Source: Verrucomicrobiia bacterium
GTDB lineage: Bacteria; Verrucomicrobiota; Verrucomicrobiia; Limisphaerales; UBA11358
Length of the DNA: 53,224 bases
NCBI GenBank assembly: GCA_036510395.1
Contig: DATCDZ010000063.1
Span: forward strand, 1-53,224
Direction: 5' to 3'
Below are positions 36,066 through 44,247 of the stretch, in pieces; the first letter of the stretch is position 1; every line of letters begins with the position of its first letter. The position numbers and the translations under genes are program-made. Under the pieces are notes generated by a model that saw only the letters and a list, made by a program, of their open reading frames with translations, was not told where the DNA came from and did not search any database.

Positions 36066-36862
36066 TAAATGTTAAACTCCGGCCCAAGATAAATTTCGCG
36101 CGCCTTCGGGTCGTTCGCCAGAAATTCCGCCGAGCCTTCCACCAGCACCTGGCCTTTGTAAATGATGTAGCCGCGGTCAATGATTTTCAGCATCTCGCGG
36201 ACATCATGGTCCGTTATTAAAATTCCCAATCCGCGCTCCTTCAGCCGCCGGATGATTTTCCCGACCTCATATTTCGCAATCGGGTCAATTCCCGCAAACG
36301 GCTCGTCCAGCAAAAGAAGTTTCGGGCTTGTGACCAGCGCCCGCGTGATTTCCAGCCGCCGCTTTTCGCCGCCGCTCAATTGATACGCCTTGCTCCTGGC
36401 AACCGGCGTCAAATCCAGTTCCTCCAATAAATACTTTAGACGCACTGCGCGTTCGTCCGCCGACAGTTTGCACGTTTCGAGAATCGCCAGGATGTTTTCC
36501 TCGACGGAAAGTTTTCGGAAGACCGACGGCTCCTGCGTCAGATAGCCGATGCCCAGCCGCGCGCGTTTGTGCATCGGCAAAGCCGCGATCTCGCGCCCGG
36601 AAAACTTCACCCCGCCCTCGTCCGGCTTCACCACGCCGACGACCATGTTGAACGTCGTCGTCTTGCCCGCGCCGTTCGGGCCGAGCAGCCCGACAATTTC
36701 GCCCGCGTTCACGCTGACCGAAACGCCGTCCACTACGCGCCTGCCGCCGTATTGCTTCGCCAGTTTTTCCGTGGAGAGCAAAACTTGTCTTGTTGCAGTC
36801 GTTGTCGGAGTGATTACGACGGACTTCAATTCAGGCTTTGATTGTGGGTCGTTCGTTGCCAT
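36065..36862 (-). CDS. lptB: LPS export ABC transporter ATP-binding protein
   Basis: Walker A 'GPNGAGKTT', signature 'LSGGEKRRLEITRAL', Walker B 'LLLDEPFAGIDP'. It sits in the context lptC-lptA-lptB. Confidence 0.92.
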   Translation of the reverse strand: MATNDPQSKPELKSVVITPTTTATRQVLLSTEKLAKQYGGRRVVDGVSVSVNAGEIVGLLGPNGAGKTTTFNMVVGVVKPDEGGVKFSGREIAALPMHKRARLGIGYLTQEPSVFRKLSVEENILAILETCKLSADERAVRLKYLLEELDLTPVARSKAYQLSGGEKRRLEITRALVTSPKLLLLDEPFAGIDPIAKYEVGKIIRRLKERGLGILITDHDVREMLKIIDRGYIIYKGQVLVEGSAEFLANDPKAREIYLGPEFNI

Positions 36863-37465
36863 TCAAAACAATTTTGGCGCGGGCAGTCCGTTCGTGTTTG
36901 CGCCCGCGCCACCAAGATTTTCGCCGGACATGTGGGGACTGGACTCCCGGATGTGGCCGTTGGCCCGGTCCCAGACAATCACGTTGGCGGTGTTCGTGCC
37001 CTGCGCGTTGACAATCTGCGGATTGCCCGTGAGCGTGACCGTGTCGTTCGTCACCGATCCCTGCACGTTGTAGTCATAAACCGCCTTGTCGCAGGTGACA
37101 TGGTTTGTCGCGCCCTTTTCATCCGTGGCGTCAATCACCACGTTTGTCTCGGCGACGATGTGGTTGATGCGCCCGCCTGCCGGCGAAAAGCCTGCAGTGA
37201 TCTGCGCGCAGGTTAATTTAAGCTGCGGATTGTCCACGCGCACGTTGCCGTGATAAACCATCTGCCGCGTCTCGTTGTAATAATCCCAACTGTCCGAGGA
37301 AATATCCGTAGTCACTACCGGCTTCGGTTGCGGCGGCGGCGGCGCGTTCGTCGTCACCAGCGCGAGAATTTCCGCTACGGTGTTCGTGTTCGGCGCGTTT
37401 GTCTGCGCACGCAAAATCCCCGCTGCCGCCAGGGCGGACAATGCAATGAGATGAATTTTTTTCAC
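36863..37465 (-). CDS. lptA: LptA/OstA-like periplasmic LPS transport protein
   Basis: OstA-like beta-jellyroll pattern ('VYHGNVRVDNPQLKLTCAQI', 'HVTCDKAVYDY'). The GTG at 37465 gives the signal peptide KKIHLIALSALAAAGILRAQ and overlaps the lptC-like stop (GTGA). Confidence 0.8.
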   Translation of the reverse strand: MKKIHLIALSALAAAGILRAQTNAPNTNTVAEILALVTTNAPPPPQPKPVVTTDISSDSWDYYNETRQMVYHGNVRVDNPQLKLTCAQITAGFSPAGGRINHIVAETNVVIDATDEKGATNHVTCDKAVYDYNVQGSVTNDTVTLTGNPQIVNAQGTNTANVIVWDRANGHIRESSPHMSGENLGGAGANTNGLPAPKLF

Positions 37466-37920
37466 AAATCGGTTTTGCTTTCGAGCGCGCCTTTGATCAC
37501 GGTTTGGACATGATTTGAAATGGTGAGCCATTGGTTCTTCTGCCGCCACAAAAAACCGTCGCCCTCGATCTGGAGGTTTCCGTCGCCCGTCCGCAATTGC
37601 AGATGCCCCACCGAACTCGCCACGCCGTTCTGCATATCATAAACACATTCCGGCGCTTCCGCGATGTAATTGGTTTTGCCGTCCAAGTCAAAATCCTCGA
37701 GCTTGAGCTGCTTGATGGCGAGCAGCCCGCTCGCCAGCAGCGACGCCGACGCGCCCGACATCCGCGACTTCATCTGCCGCTCGTGCGGTGCTTCAAAATA
37801 TGACACCGACGAAAAATCGCTTGTGGAACCCCCGCCGGTTTGCTGCGCGCGAATGTTCAGGACGGCAAAAAAAATTGAAACCGCCAGCGCCGCAAAAATC
37901 AGTTCCTTCCAGCGCGGCAT
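37462..37920 (-). CDS. lptC: LptC-like membrane-anchored protein
   Basis: ATG at 37920 gives 'MPRWKELIFAALAVSIFFAVL' (a single TM), followed by an LptC-like beta-rich domain. Its position between kdsC and lptA supports the call. Confidence 0.65.
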   Translation of the reverse strand: MPRWKELIFAALAVSIFFAVLNIRAQQTGGGSTSDFSSVSYFEAPHERQMKSRMSGASASLLASGLLAIKQLKLEDFDLDGKTNYIAEAPECVYDMQNGVASSVGHLQLRTGDGNLQIEGDGFLWRQKNQWLTISNHVQTVIKGALESKTDL

Positions 37921-37982
37921 TTTTCTCCGCGAGCCGCAATTGCACTCGACCCCCGGCTTTCGGCCTTCGGCTGGTTTTATTT

Positions 37983-38525
37983 TCATTCCGAGTAATGCCC
38001 GACGAATGAATCCCATTTTCCCTGCGCCTTCAAAATCATTTCAATCACTTCGCGGATCGCGCCGCGCCCGCCCGCCGCGCGCGTGGTAAAATCCGCCTTT
38101 GCCTTCGCCTCGTCCACGCCGTCCGCGACCGCAACGGAAAATCCTGCCCGGCTCAACGGCCCCAAATCCACGATGTCGTCCCCGACAAAACAAACGTCGT
38201 TCCAGCTCATTTTTTCCCGCGCCAGAAGTTCTTCAATCGCGCCCGTCTTGCTCAAACGGTCGCCCTGCTGGACGAGAAAATGGATTTTCAATTCCTTCGC
38301 GCGCATTTTTGTGGCCGGCGACGGACGCGCCGAGACCCAGCCTATTTTCAAGCCCGCGCGACGCGCCAGCACGAGGCCGAGGCCGTCGCGGATATTGAAC
38401 CGCTTGAATTCGCGCTCGCCGCCGATGAAAATCGAGCCGTCGGTCAAAACGCCGTCCACGTCGCACAAGAATAATTTTATGCGCGCCAGTTTCTCTTTCA
38501 GCGTGGATGAAATCGTTTTGGGCAT
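37983..38525 (-). CDS. kdsC: KDO 8-phosphate phosphatase (HAD-IIIA)
   Basis: 'LFLCDVDGVLTDG', 'GDDIVDL'. It lies adjacent to kdsA. Confidence 0.88.
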   Translation of the reverse strand: MPKTISSTLKEKLARIKLFLCDVDGVLTDGSIFIGGEREFKRFNIRDGLGLVLARRAGLKIGWVSARPSPATKMRAKELKIHFLVQQGDRLSKTGAIEELLAREKMSWNDVCFVGDDIVDLGPLSRAGFSVAVADGVDEAKAKADFTTRAAGGRGAIREVIEMILKAQGKWDSFVGHYSE

Positions 38526-39341
38526 TTAGCGGATGGCGTTGAAAATTTTCAGCAAATTTTTCAGCAATGCCGACGTTTCGCCGAGCGGGATCATGTTCGG
38601 CCCGTCGCTCAAGGCCTTGTCCGGCTGTGGATGCGTTTCGAGAAAAATTCCGTCAGCGCCCGCCGCTAGGGCGCAACGCGCGAGCACCGGCGCAAATTCG
38701 CGCTGGCCGCTCGATTTGTCGCCGCCGCCGCCGGGCAATTGCACAGAATGCGTGGCGTCGAACACGACCGGAAAGCCGAACGATTTCATGATCGGAATCG
38801 AGCGCATGTCGGCAACGAGATTGTTGTAGCCAAAAGTCGTGCCGCGCTCGGTCAGCAGGATTTTTTTTGCGCCCGCGAGCCGTGCTTTTTCCGCGACGCG
38901 CCCCATTTCCTGCGGCGAAAGGAATTGTCCTTTTTTCAGGTTCACAATTTTTCCCGTCGCGACGGCGGCCTCGATCAAATCCGTCTGGCGGCAGAGAAAC
39001 GCGGGGATCTGCAAAATGTCCGCAACTTCGGCTGCTGCGACGACTTGAGCCTCGCTGTGAACGTCGGTCAAAACCGGCAGGTCAAATTCCGTGCGGACTT
39101 TTGCGAGGATTTTCAGGCCGTTTTCAATTCCGGGACCGCGAAAAGATTTTGCGGACGTGCGGTTGGCCTTGTCGAAACTGGCCTTGAAAACGTAAAAAAT
39201 GCCGAGCGACGCGCAGGTTTTTTTGAGCGACGCGGCGACTTGCAGGCACAGCTTTTCATTTTCAATCACGCACGGCCCGGCGATCAAAAACAACCGGCGC
39301 GGCGAATTGAGTTTTTTCCAGATATCGGCGGCATTGAACAC
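38526..39341 (-). CDS. kdsA: 2-dehydro-3-deoxyphosphooctonate aldolase (KDO8P synthase)
   Basis: '[11 protein letters not shown]', '[12 protein letters not shown]', '[13 protein letters not shown]'. GTG start at 39341. Confidence 0.92.
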   Translation of the reverse strand: MFNAADIWKKLNSPRRLFLIAGPCVIENEKLCLQVAASLKKTCASLGIFYVFKASFDKANRTSAKSFRGPGIENGLKILAKVRTEFDLPVLTDVHSEAQVVAAAEVADILQIPAFLCRQTDLIEAAVATGKIVNLKKGQFLSPQEMGRVAEKARLAGAKKILLTERGTTFGYNNLVADMRSIPIMKSFGFPVVFDATHSVQLPGGGGDKSSGQREFAPVLARCALAAGADGIFLETHPQPDKALSDGPNMIPLGETSALLKNLLKIFNAIR

Positions 39342-39432
39342 GCGGAAGTTTTAGCAGCGCGGCGGGGGAAAGTAAATGGCGGCGAACCGGCAATTTAAGA
39401 ATTCCTTTTTCCCGGCTTTTGGTGTTTAATCC

Positions 39433-40356
39433 ATGGCGGACGACGCGGCCATGAAACTCCTTTTCTCCGAACAAAATTCCGATTACGAGAACTACCAGTT
39501 TCCGTATGCGGTCTGGGCGTTTCCCGAAGCGGGCGAAACTCCGGCGGATATTTTCAACGCAGGCTTCCTGCCATCGTCGCGCAATCTCGACCGGTTTTAT
39601 CTGTGCCGCCAGGTGCGCGTGAACCTCGCGAAGTTCAAACCGTCGTCGGAGAACCGCCGGATTTTGCGCAAAGGCAAAGGAATCAATGTCGAATTGGTTC
39701 CGCGTGAAAAATATGATTACAGTTCCGGTCGGCGCGAATTTTTCAAGACCTACGCCGACATCAAGTTCGGCAAGGACGTGATGACCTTCGAGCGGCTCGA
39801 CGCCCTGTTCGTCTCGCCCATCATCTCGCATCTGCTCGTGTTCACGGATTTGGAAACGGAAAAGGAAATCGGCGTCGCGACAATTTATCTGGAAGGCAAG
39901 TCGCGGTGGGGCGAGGCTACTGACGAGCCGCCTTTGCAAAACTTTGGCGCGTCGCGTTCGGCTCGCGGGGACGCTCGCCCCACCAAATCACAGGAAGGCA
40001 AGTCGCTCGCGTTTTATTACTACGCGTTCTACGACCTGAATTATTACGCGCGAAATCTGGGAATGTTCATGATGACCTCTGCGGCGGCGCTGTTCGCGGA
40101 GCGCGGCTGCAAACATCTTTACCTCGGCACGTGCTATTCGGACAACGCGCTCTACAAGACGCAGTTCGCCGGCGCGGAATTTTTCAACGGCTTCCGCTGG
40201 TCGGACGACCTGGACGAGCTGAAATTCATCATCCAGCGCGACAAAAAGAATTTGTCCCAGCACCTGCTCGAAACGGAGGAGTTCCGTGAAAAGTTTTACG
40301 GCGGCGATCTCGAAAAAATGACGGACGCGGGCGAGTTCCGGGTGAAGGTGAAGTGA
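39433..40356 (+). CDS. Arginyl/leucyl-tRNA-protein transferase-like protein (Ate1/Bpt C-terminal fold), carrying a 34-codon repeat insertion
   Basis: 'FYLCRQVRVNLAKFKPSSENRRILRK' and 'YYAFYDLNYYARNLGMFMMTSAAALFAERGCKHLYLGTCYSDNALYKTQF' match the Bpt/ATE_C core pattern. The Cys-rich N-motif is not evident. Confidence 0.65.
   Translation: MADDAAMKLLFSEQNSDYENYQFPYAVWAFPEAGETPADIFNAGFLPSSRNLDRFYLCRQVRVNLAKFKPSSENRRILRKGKGINVELVPREKYDYSSGRREFFKTYADIKFGKDVMTFERLDALFVSPIISHLLVFTDLETEKEIGVATIYLEGKSRWGEATDEPPLQNFGASRSARGDARPTKSQEGKSLAFYYYAFYDLNYYARNLGMFMMTSAAALFAERGCKHLYLGTCYSDNALYKTQFAGAEFFNGFRWSDDLDELKFIIQRDKKNLSQHLLETEEFREKFYGGDLEKMTDAGEFRVKVK
39905..39992. mobile_element. Family D nested palindromic element (11-bp perfect termini GGTGGGGCGAG/CTCGCCCCACC) flanked by a 14-bp direct repeat
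   Basis: The direct repeat GGAAGGCAAGTCGC occurs at 39891-39904 and 39993-40006. An inner inverted repeat CGAGCCG/CGGCTCG is present. Repeat-to-repeat spacing is 102 nt. Confidence 0.85.
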
Positions 40357-40367
40357 GCACGGTTTTT

Positions 40368-40431
40368 GCCGCAGATTTTCGCAGATGAAACACAGATAGA
40401 ACATCTGTGTAAATTTGTGTCCATCTGTGGC
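40368..40431. repeat. Family C complete hairpin between convergent genes
   Basis: 'GCCGCAGATTTTCGCAGATGAAACACAGATAGAAC' faces 'ATCTGTGTAAATTTGTGTCCATCTGTGGC'. The TAG stop of the 474-aa gene abuts its end. Confidence 0.8.
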
Positions 40432-41855
40432 TAGTTATTCCAGACCCAGTCACCTTTTGTGTAATCCATGCCGCCGTTTTTTGTATGCGGTGAAACTTCC
40501 TTGCCGCCGTCATCCGTTTCATTCCAGCCGATGGAGTAGAGCAAAAATTTCCCATCGTCCGTGCGACGATAATGCAACGGCTCACCGCCGATGATGTCGT
40601 GCGGAATCTTCTTGATGAACTGCGGCGCGAGCTCGTCGAGCGTTTCGGGATATTCGCCGTTTGCAAGACGGTAACGCTCCAACGCGCAGGCGATTTGCGC
40701 TTCGTTTGCCAGCGTTTGAGTGTGCGCGACTGTTTGCATTGTCTTGGTAAAGCTGGGAATGCCAATAGCCGCTAACATTCCAAAGAGCGAATGACGATCC
40801 AAGGAGGTCATGAGATCAGACATGGCACGTTCAATTTTTTGAGGCGACACGACTTCGTCCGTCGGCACGAAACTCTCAATGGGACTTTGTATCAATACGG
40901 CATAGACAACCATGTTCTGATAAACCCAGCCACGCGGCATAAGATCATATCCATATGATTTAAGATTTTCCATTTTTTGCCAAAATGTTTTGTGAGACGG
41001 CGTTCCAGTTCCAACCGAATTAATTTCCCTAAAATTCACTATTTCAGCCGTGTGACAGACGGAAGCTTGTTCTGCTTTAAGCGCTTCAGCTACGAACGGC
41101 ACCAAAGAAACGGATTTTAATTGCTCTTGGAGTGCGATGAGTTGCGGTTCCTGCCATGCGTGTTTCTGAAAACCATAGGCGATGGTGTTCACATAAAGTC
41201 CGGTGACGGCGACATTGACCATCGCTGCGACCAAAGTCATCGGCTTGCCGGTTGGCGCGCCTTCTAAAAATTTTCGCGAGTCATTGAGCAAAGTCACTTC
41301 GCTCAACGCTTTTTCCGGCTGGCCAAGCATCAAATAACACTTCGTGCGTTGAGCAAGGACTTGCGCCAACGCCCTTGTAGAAATGAAATTTGGAATCGGA
41401 ATCTCGAATGGCTTTGAATAGTCACCGTCCATCCGCGCATAAGGACGTTTCAATGCTTCGCGAATCAAATCGAAGTCCGGCTCAAACTGATCGCTCCAAG
41501 AAATAAAGTCCGCTGCCGCTGTCTTATTTGTGATCACTGCGACTAAAATCGCATTGGTCGCAAGTGTGTGAAGTTCATTTTTGTGCTGTGCGCCTCTTAT
41601 ACTTACAAACCAATCCTGCATCTTTGGCGCGGCAAAAAAATTCTGGTCAGCCGGCACGGGCGGCGGAATGTAGGCGTTCCAATCCAACACCGCGCCTTTG
41701 GCTTCGAGTTCGCGTTTGCAATTTTCCCACGCGCGTTTGCCGCGCCAGTCCTCCTCGGCGTAAAGAAGAGCAATCAATGTGGCGAGAACCGCCAGCGTGA
41801 TCAAAATCCGTCGCGGCCATCGCCAGCCTGATTTGGTTTTTGGTGTTTCGTTCAT
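40431..41855 (-). CDS. Membrane-anchored hypothetical protein downstream of the ECF sigma/anti-sigma-like pair
   Basis: 474 aa, N-terminal TM 'ILITLAVLATLIALLY', low-GC. I recognise no family. Confidence 0.65.
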   Translation of the reverse strand: MNETPKTKSGWRWPRRILITLAVLATLIALLYAEEDWRGKRAWENCKRELEAKGAVLDWNAYIPPPVPADQNFFAAPKMQDWFVSIRGAQHKNELHTLATNAILVAVITNKTAAADFISWSDQFEPDFDLIREALKRPYARMDGDYSKPFEIPIPNFISTRALAQVLAQRTKCYLMLGQPEKALSEVTLLNDSRKFLEGAPTGKPMTLVAAMVNVAVTGLYVNTIAYGFQKHAWQEPQLIALQEQLKSVSLVPFVAEALKAEQASVCHTAEIVNFREINSVGTGTPSHKTFWQKMENLKSYGYDLMPRGWVYQNMVVYAVLIQSPIESFVPTDEVVSPQKIERAMSDLMTSLDRHSLFGMLAAIGIPSFTKTMQTVAHTQTLANEAQIACALERYRLANGEYPETLDELAPQFIKKIPHDIIGGEPLHYRRTDDGKFLLYSIGWNETDDGGKEVSPHTKNGGMDYTKGDWVWNN

Positions 41856-41866
41856 AATTTCATTTT

Positions 41867-41930
41867 GTAGGAGTCGAGGTCACGAGACTCTAATTTATTT
41901 TAGTCACAGACTCCTTACGTCGTCTCCTAC
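41867..41930. repeat. Family B hairpin element, copy 1 (GTAGGAGTCGAGGTCACGAGACTC ... GACTCCTTACGTCGTCTCCTAC)
   Basis: An imperfect palindrome whose terminal CTCCTAC contains the TAG stop (41927-41929) of the upstream gene. Related copies lie at 43496, 44175 and 51123. Confidence 0.8.
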
Positions 41931-42358
41931 GTCATCAAAGTTTCAAAGCGCCGTTCGCTGCTTGGTCGCGGCGAAAATGATTTCTGCGGCTCGGCAATGC
42001 GCGGTTCATTGGACCCGATCAATTCGGCCAGCAATTTTTCCTGCTGACGGAACGCCAGGATCATTTCCGGCGATGGCGCCGGAGATTTCCGCGCCATCAT
42101 TTCAGCCGGGTCGCGCTGCGAGAAATTGACGGCGAAAATCAAAATCCAAACGGCGGCCAAACCCGTCCAAATCCGGCGGCACGGAAAAATCAATTCGCGC
42201 CAAAGCAAAAGTAGGACAGGCGTCGCGCCTGTCTCTGATTTTTCTTTTTCAAATGGAGACAGGCGCGACGCCTGTCCTACAATTTCACGGCGGATCGCAT
42301 CCAATTTCGGCTCCACGTTTTCGTGACGGGCAAATAAAATTTCTCTTGGCGTTTTCAT
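41927..42358 (-). CDS. Small single-pass membrane protein, putative anti-sigma partner; contains family A element copy 2
   Basis: Its start overlaps the sigma-factor stop (ATGA at 42355-42358). It has a TM helix 'IWTGLAAVWILIFAVNF'. The anti-sigma role is inferred from position only. Confidence 0.55.
   Translation of the reverse strand: MKTPREILFARHENVEPKLDAIRREIVGQASRLSPFEKEKSETGATPVLLLLWRELIFPCRRIWTGLAAVWILIFAVNFSQRDPAEMMARKSPAPSPEMILAFRQQEKLLAELIGSNEPRIAEPQKSFSPRPSSERRFETLMT
42211..42280. repeat. Family A palindromic element, copy 2 (perfect 25-bp stem, 20-nt loop), inside a reading frame
   Basis: GTAGGACAGGCGTCGCGCCTGTCTC (42211-42235) is the exact reverse complement of 42256-42280. Confidence 0.9.
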
Positions 42359-42906
42359 TTTTTCTCCTCCAGTAATTTTCGCAATGCGCGTTTGGCGTAG
42401 TGCAATCGTGACTTGACAGTGCCAATTTGCGTTTCGGTGATGTGCGCGATTTCTTCGATTGAAAAATCCTCAACGAAGTGCAGCAGCAAAACCGAGCGTT
42501 GCGGCATCGGCAGTTGATTCAGCAGGTTCATAAATTCGGCTTCCTGTTCGCGGCGGATGAGCAAGTCGTCCGGGCTGTTTTCAAATTCGTCCGGCGGTTC
42601 CGGAATTTCATCGAACAAAATCTCCTTGCCGCCGTGCTTTCGCCAAAGCTGGATGGTTTTCTGGTGCGCGATGCCGAAGAGCCAGCCGCCGAATTTTTCG
42701 TCGTCGCGCAGGCCGCCGATGTGCCGGACGGCGGCGATGAAGGTCTCCTGCACGAGGTCGAGGCTCGTCTGCTCGTTGTGGACCAGTTCAAAAACATAGA
42801 CGTAAAGCGGCAGTTGATAGCGGCGGAAAAGCGCGTCCCAGGCCTCCGGATTTCCTTCGCGGGCCTGTTGCACGGGCAATTGTTCGGCTATAGCCACTGC
42901 CAGCAT
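42355..42906 (-). CDS. ECF-type RNA polymerase sigma factor
   Basis: 'LYVYVFELVHNEQTSLDLVQETFIAAVRHI' (region 2) and 'LLLHFVEDFSIEEIAHITETQIGTVKSRLHYAKRAL' (region 4). Confidence 0.88.
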   Translation of the reverse strand: MLAVAIAEQLPVQQAREGNPEAWDALFRRYQLPLYVYVFELVHNEQTSLDLVQETFIAAVRHIGGLRDDEKFGGWLFGIAHQKTIQLWRKHGGKEILFDEIPEPPDEFENSPDDLLIRREQEAEFMNLLNQLPMPQRSVLLLHFVEDFSIEEIAHITETQIGTVKSRLHYAKRALRKLLEEKK

Positions 42907-43002
42907 TTATACCGAGTAGAATGCGCGAGGCGAGAAAAGGTTCAATTGATTTGAAAATTTCCGCAGTTGCCAAGTCCGTGTCAATCGCGCTAAATAAAAG
43001 GA

Positions 43003-43491
43003 ATGCCAACGGTCGCCGAACAACTGCGCGCGGCGCGCGAAGCGAAAAAACTCACGGTGCAGCAGGTCGCCGACGCGACGAAAATCCGCACCGACCACAT
43101 CCGCGCGCTCGAAGAGGGAAACTTCAACCTGTTTTCCGCGCCGATTTACATCCGCGGCTCGGTGAAAAATTACGCGACGATGCTCAAGCTGAACGTGCCG
43201 CAGCTCATGCTCGCGTTGGACGAGGAGCTGGGCCGCACGGAAAAATTCAGCGAGCCGCCGCCGCTCACCGAAGAGACCAAGTCGCCGTTCGACCATGTTT
43301 TTTTTCTGCTCTCGAAGGTGAATTTGCAGGTCGTGCTGATCGCCGGGGGAATTCTTGCGATCGCCGTGATTCTGGGCGTCGCGCATTGGGCGTTGCGGCG
43401 GCACAACAACGCCAATCCGCTCGGCAATCTGCCGCCCGCCGTTTATCAATCCGCCGATTCCGGCGACACGCTGCCGCTGCCGAAAAAATAA
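43003..43491 (+). CDS. RodZ-like helix-turn-helix membrane protein
   Basis: 'LRAAREAKKLTVQQVADATKIRTDHIRALEEGNFNLFSAPIYIRGSVKNYA' followed by a TM helix. Confidence 0.7.
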   Translation: MPTVAEQLRAAREAKKLTVQQVADATKIRTDHIRALEEGNFNLFSAPIYIRGSVKNYATMLKLNVPQLMLALDEELGRTEKFSEPPPLTEETKSPFDHVFFLLSKVNLQVVLIAGGILAIAVILGVAHWALRRHNNANPLGNLPPAVYQSADSGDTLPLPKK

Positions 43492-43495
43492 TTTC

Positions 43496-43556
43496 GCAAG
43501 AGTCGAGGTAACGAGATCAATTCCAAAAATCAGAGGCTTCTTGCGTCGTTTCCTGC
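43496..43556. repeat. Family B hairpin element, degenerate copy 2, between convergent genes
   Basis: 'GCAAGAGTCGAGGTAACGAGATC ... GAGGCTTCTTGCGTCGTTTCCTGC'. Confidence 0.6.
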
Positions 43557-43560
43557 ATTT

Positions 43561-44163
43561 TCAAACGTCGTTAAGGTAAATCTCGCGGTTGCGCCACAAA
43601 TAAATCATGCCGGACGCCACCGTCAGCGTGACCGTCACCCACAACATGATTTCCGCAAACAGCGGCAGCCAGCCGGCGAACAATTTTTGCAGCGGCGGAT
43701 TCCATTCGATGTTCGCGTCCACCAGCAGCAGCGCGATGATGGCGATGATTTGTGAAATCGTCTTGTGCTTGCCGAATCTTTCAGCCGCCAGCACGACGTT
43801 TTTCGACGCCGCCAGCAGACGCAATCCGGTGATGGCCAGTTCGCGCGCGACAATGACGATGACCATCCATGCGGCGACCTTGACCGGCGCGGCGGGGTGC
43901 AGATGCGTGCTCTCGACAAACGCGATGAATGCGGAGCAGGTCATTATTTTGTCGGCCAGCGGGTCCATCAGGATGCCGAAATTGGTGATGAGGCCGCGTG
44001 CCCGCGCGATGTGCCCGTCGAAAAAATCCGTCACGCCCGCCGCGCAGAAAAAAACCAGCGCCAGCGTGTTTCGAAACGGAACCGGCCAGGGACAGAACAG
44101 CGCGCAAAGAAAAAGAACCGTCAATGCGAAGCGCGAGGCCGTCAATTTATTCGGCAGGTTCAT
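43561..44163 (-). CDS. pgsA: CDP-diacylglycerol--glycerol-3-phosphate 3-phosphatidyltransferase
   Basis: CDP-alcohol phosphatidyltransferase motif 'DFFDGHIARARGLITNFGILMDPLADK'. Confidence 0.88.
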   Translation of the reverse strand: MNLPNKLTASRFALTVLFLCALFCPWPVPFRNTLALVFFCAAGVTDFFDGHIARARGLITNFGILMDPLADKIMTCSAFIAFVESTHLHPAAPVKVAAWMVIVIVARELAITGLRLLAASKNVVLAAERFGKHKTISQIIAIIALLLVDANIEWNPPLQKLFAGWLPLFAEIMLWVTVTLTVASGMIYLWRNREIYLNDV

Positions 44164-44174
44164 TTTTCTAAATT

Positions 44175-44243
44175 GTAGGAGACGACGTGAGGAGTCTCAC
44201 TATTCAAAATCAAAAGTTTAAGCCTCGTTACCTCGGCTGCTAC
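44175..44243. repeat. Family B hairpin element, copy 3 (opposite orientation), flanked by AAATT/AAATT
   Basis: 'GTAGGAGACGACGTGAGGAGTCTC ... AGCCTCGTTACCTCGGCTGCTAC'. A 5-bp direct repeat AAATT lies at 44170-44174 and 44244-44248. Confidence 0.8.
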
Positions 44244-44247
44244 AAAT

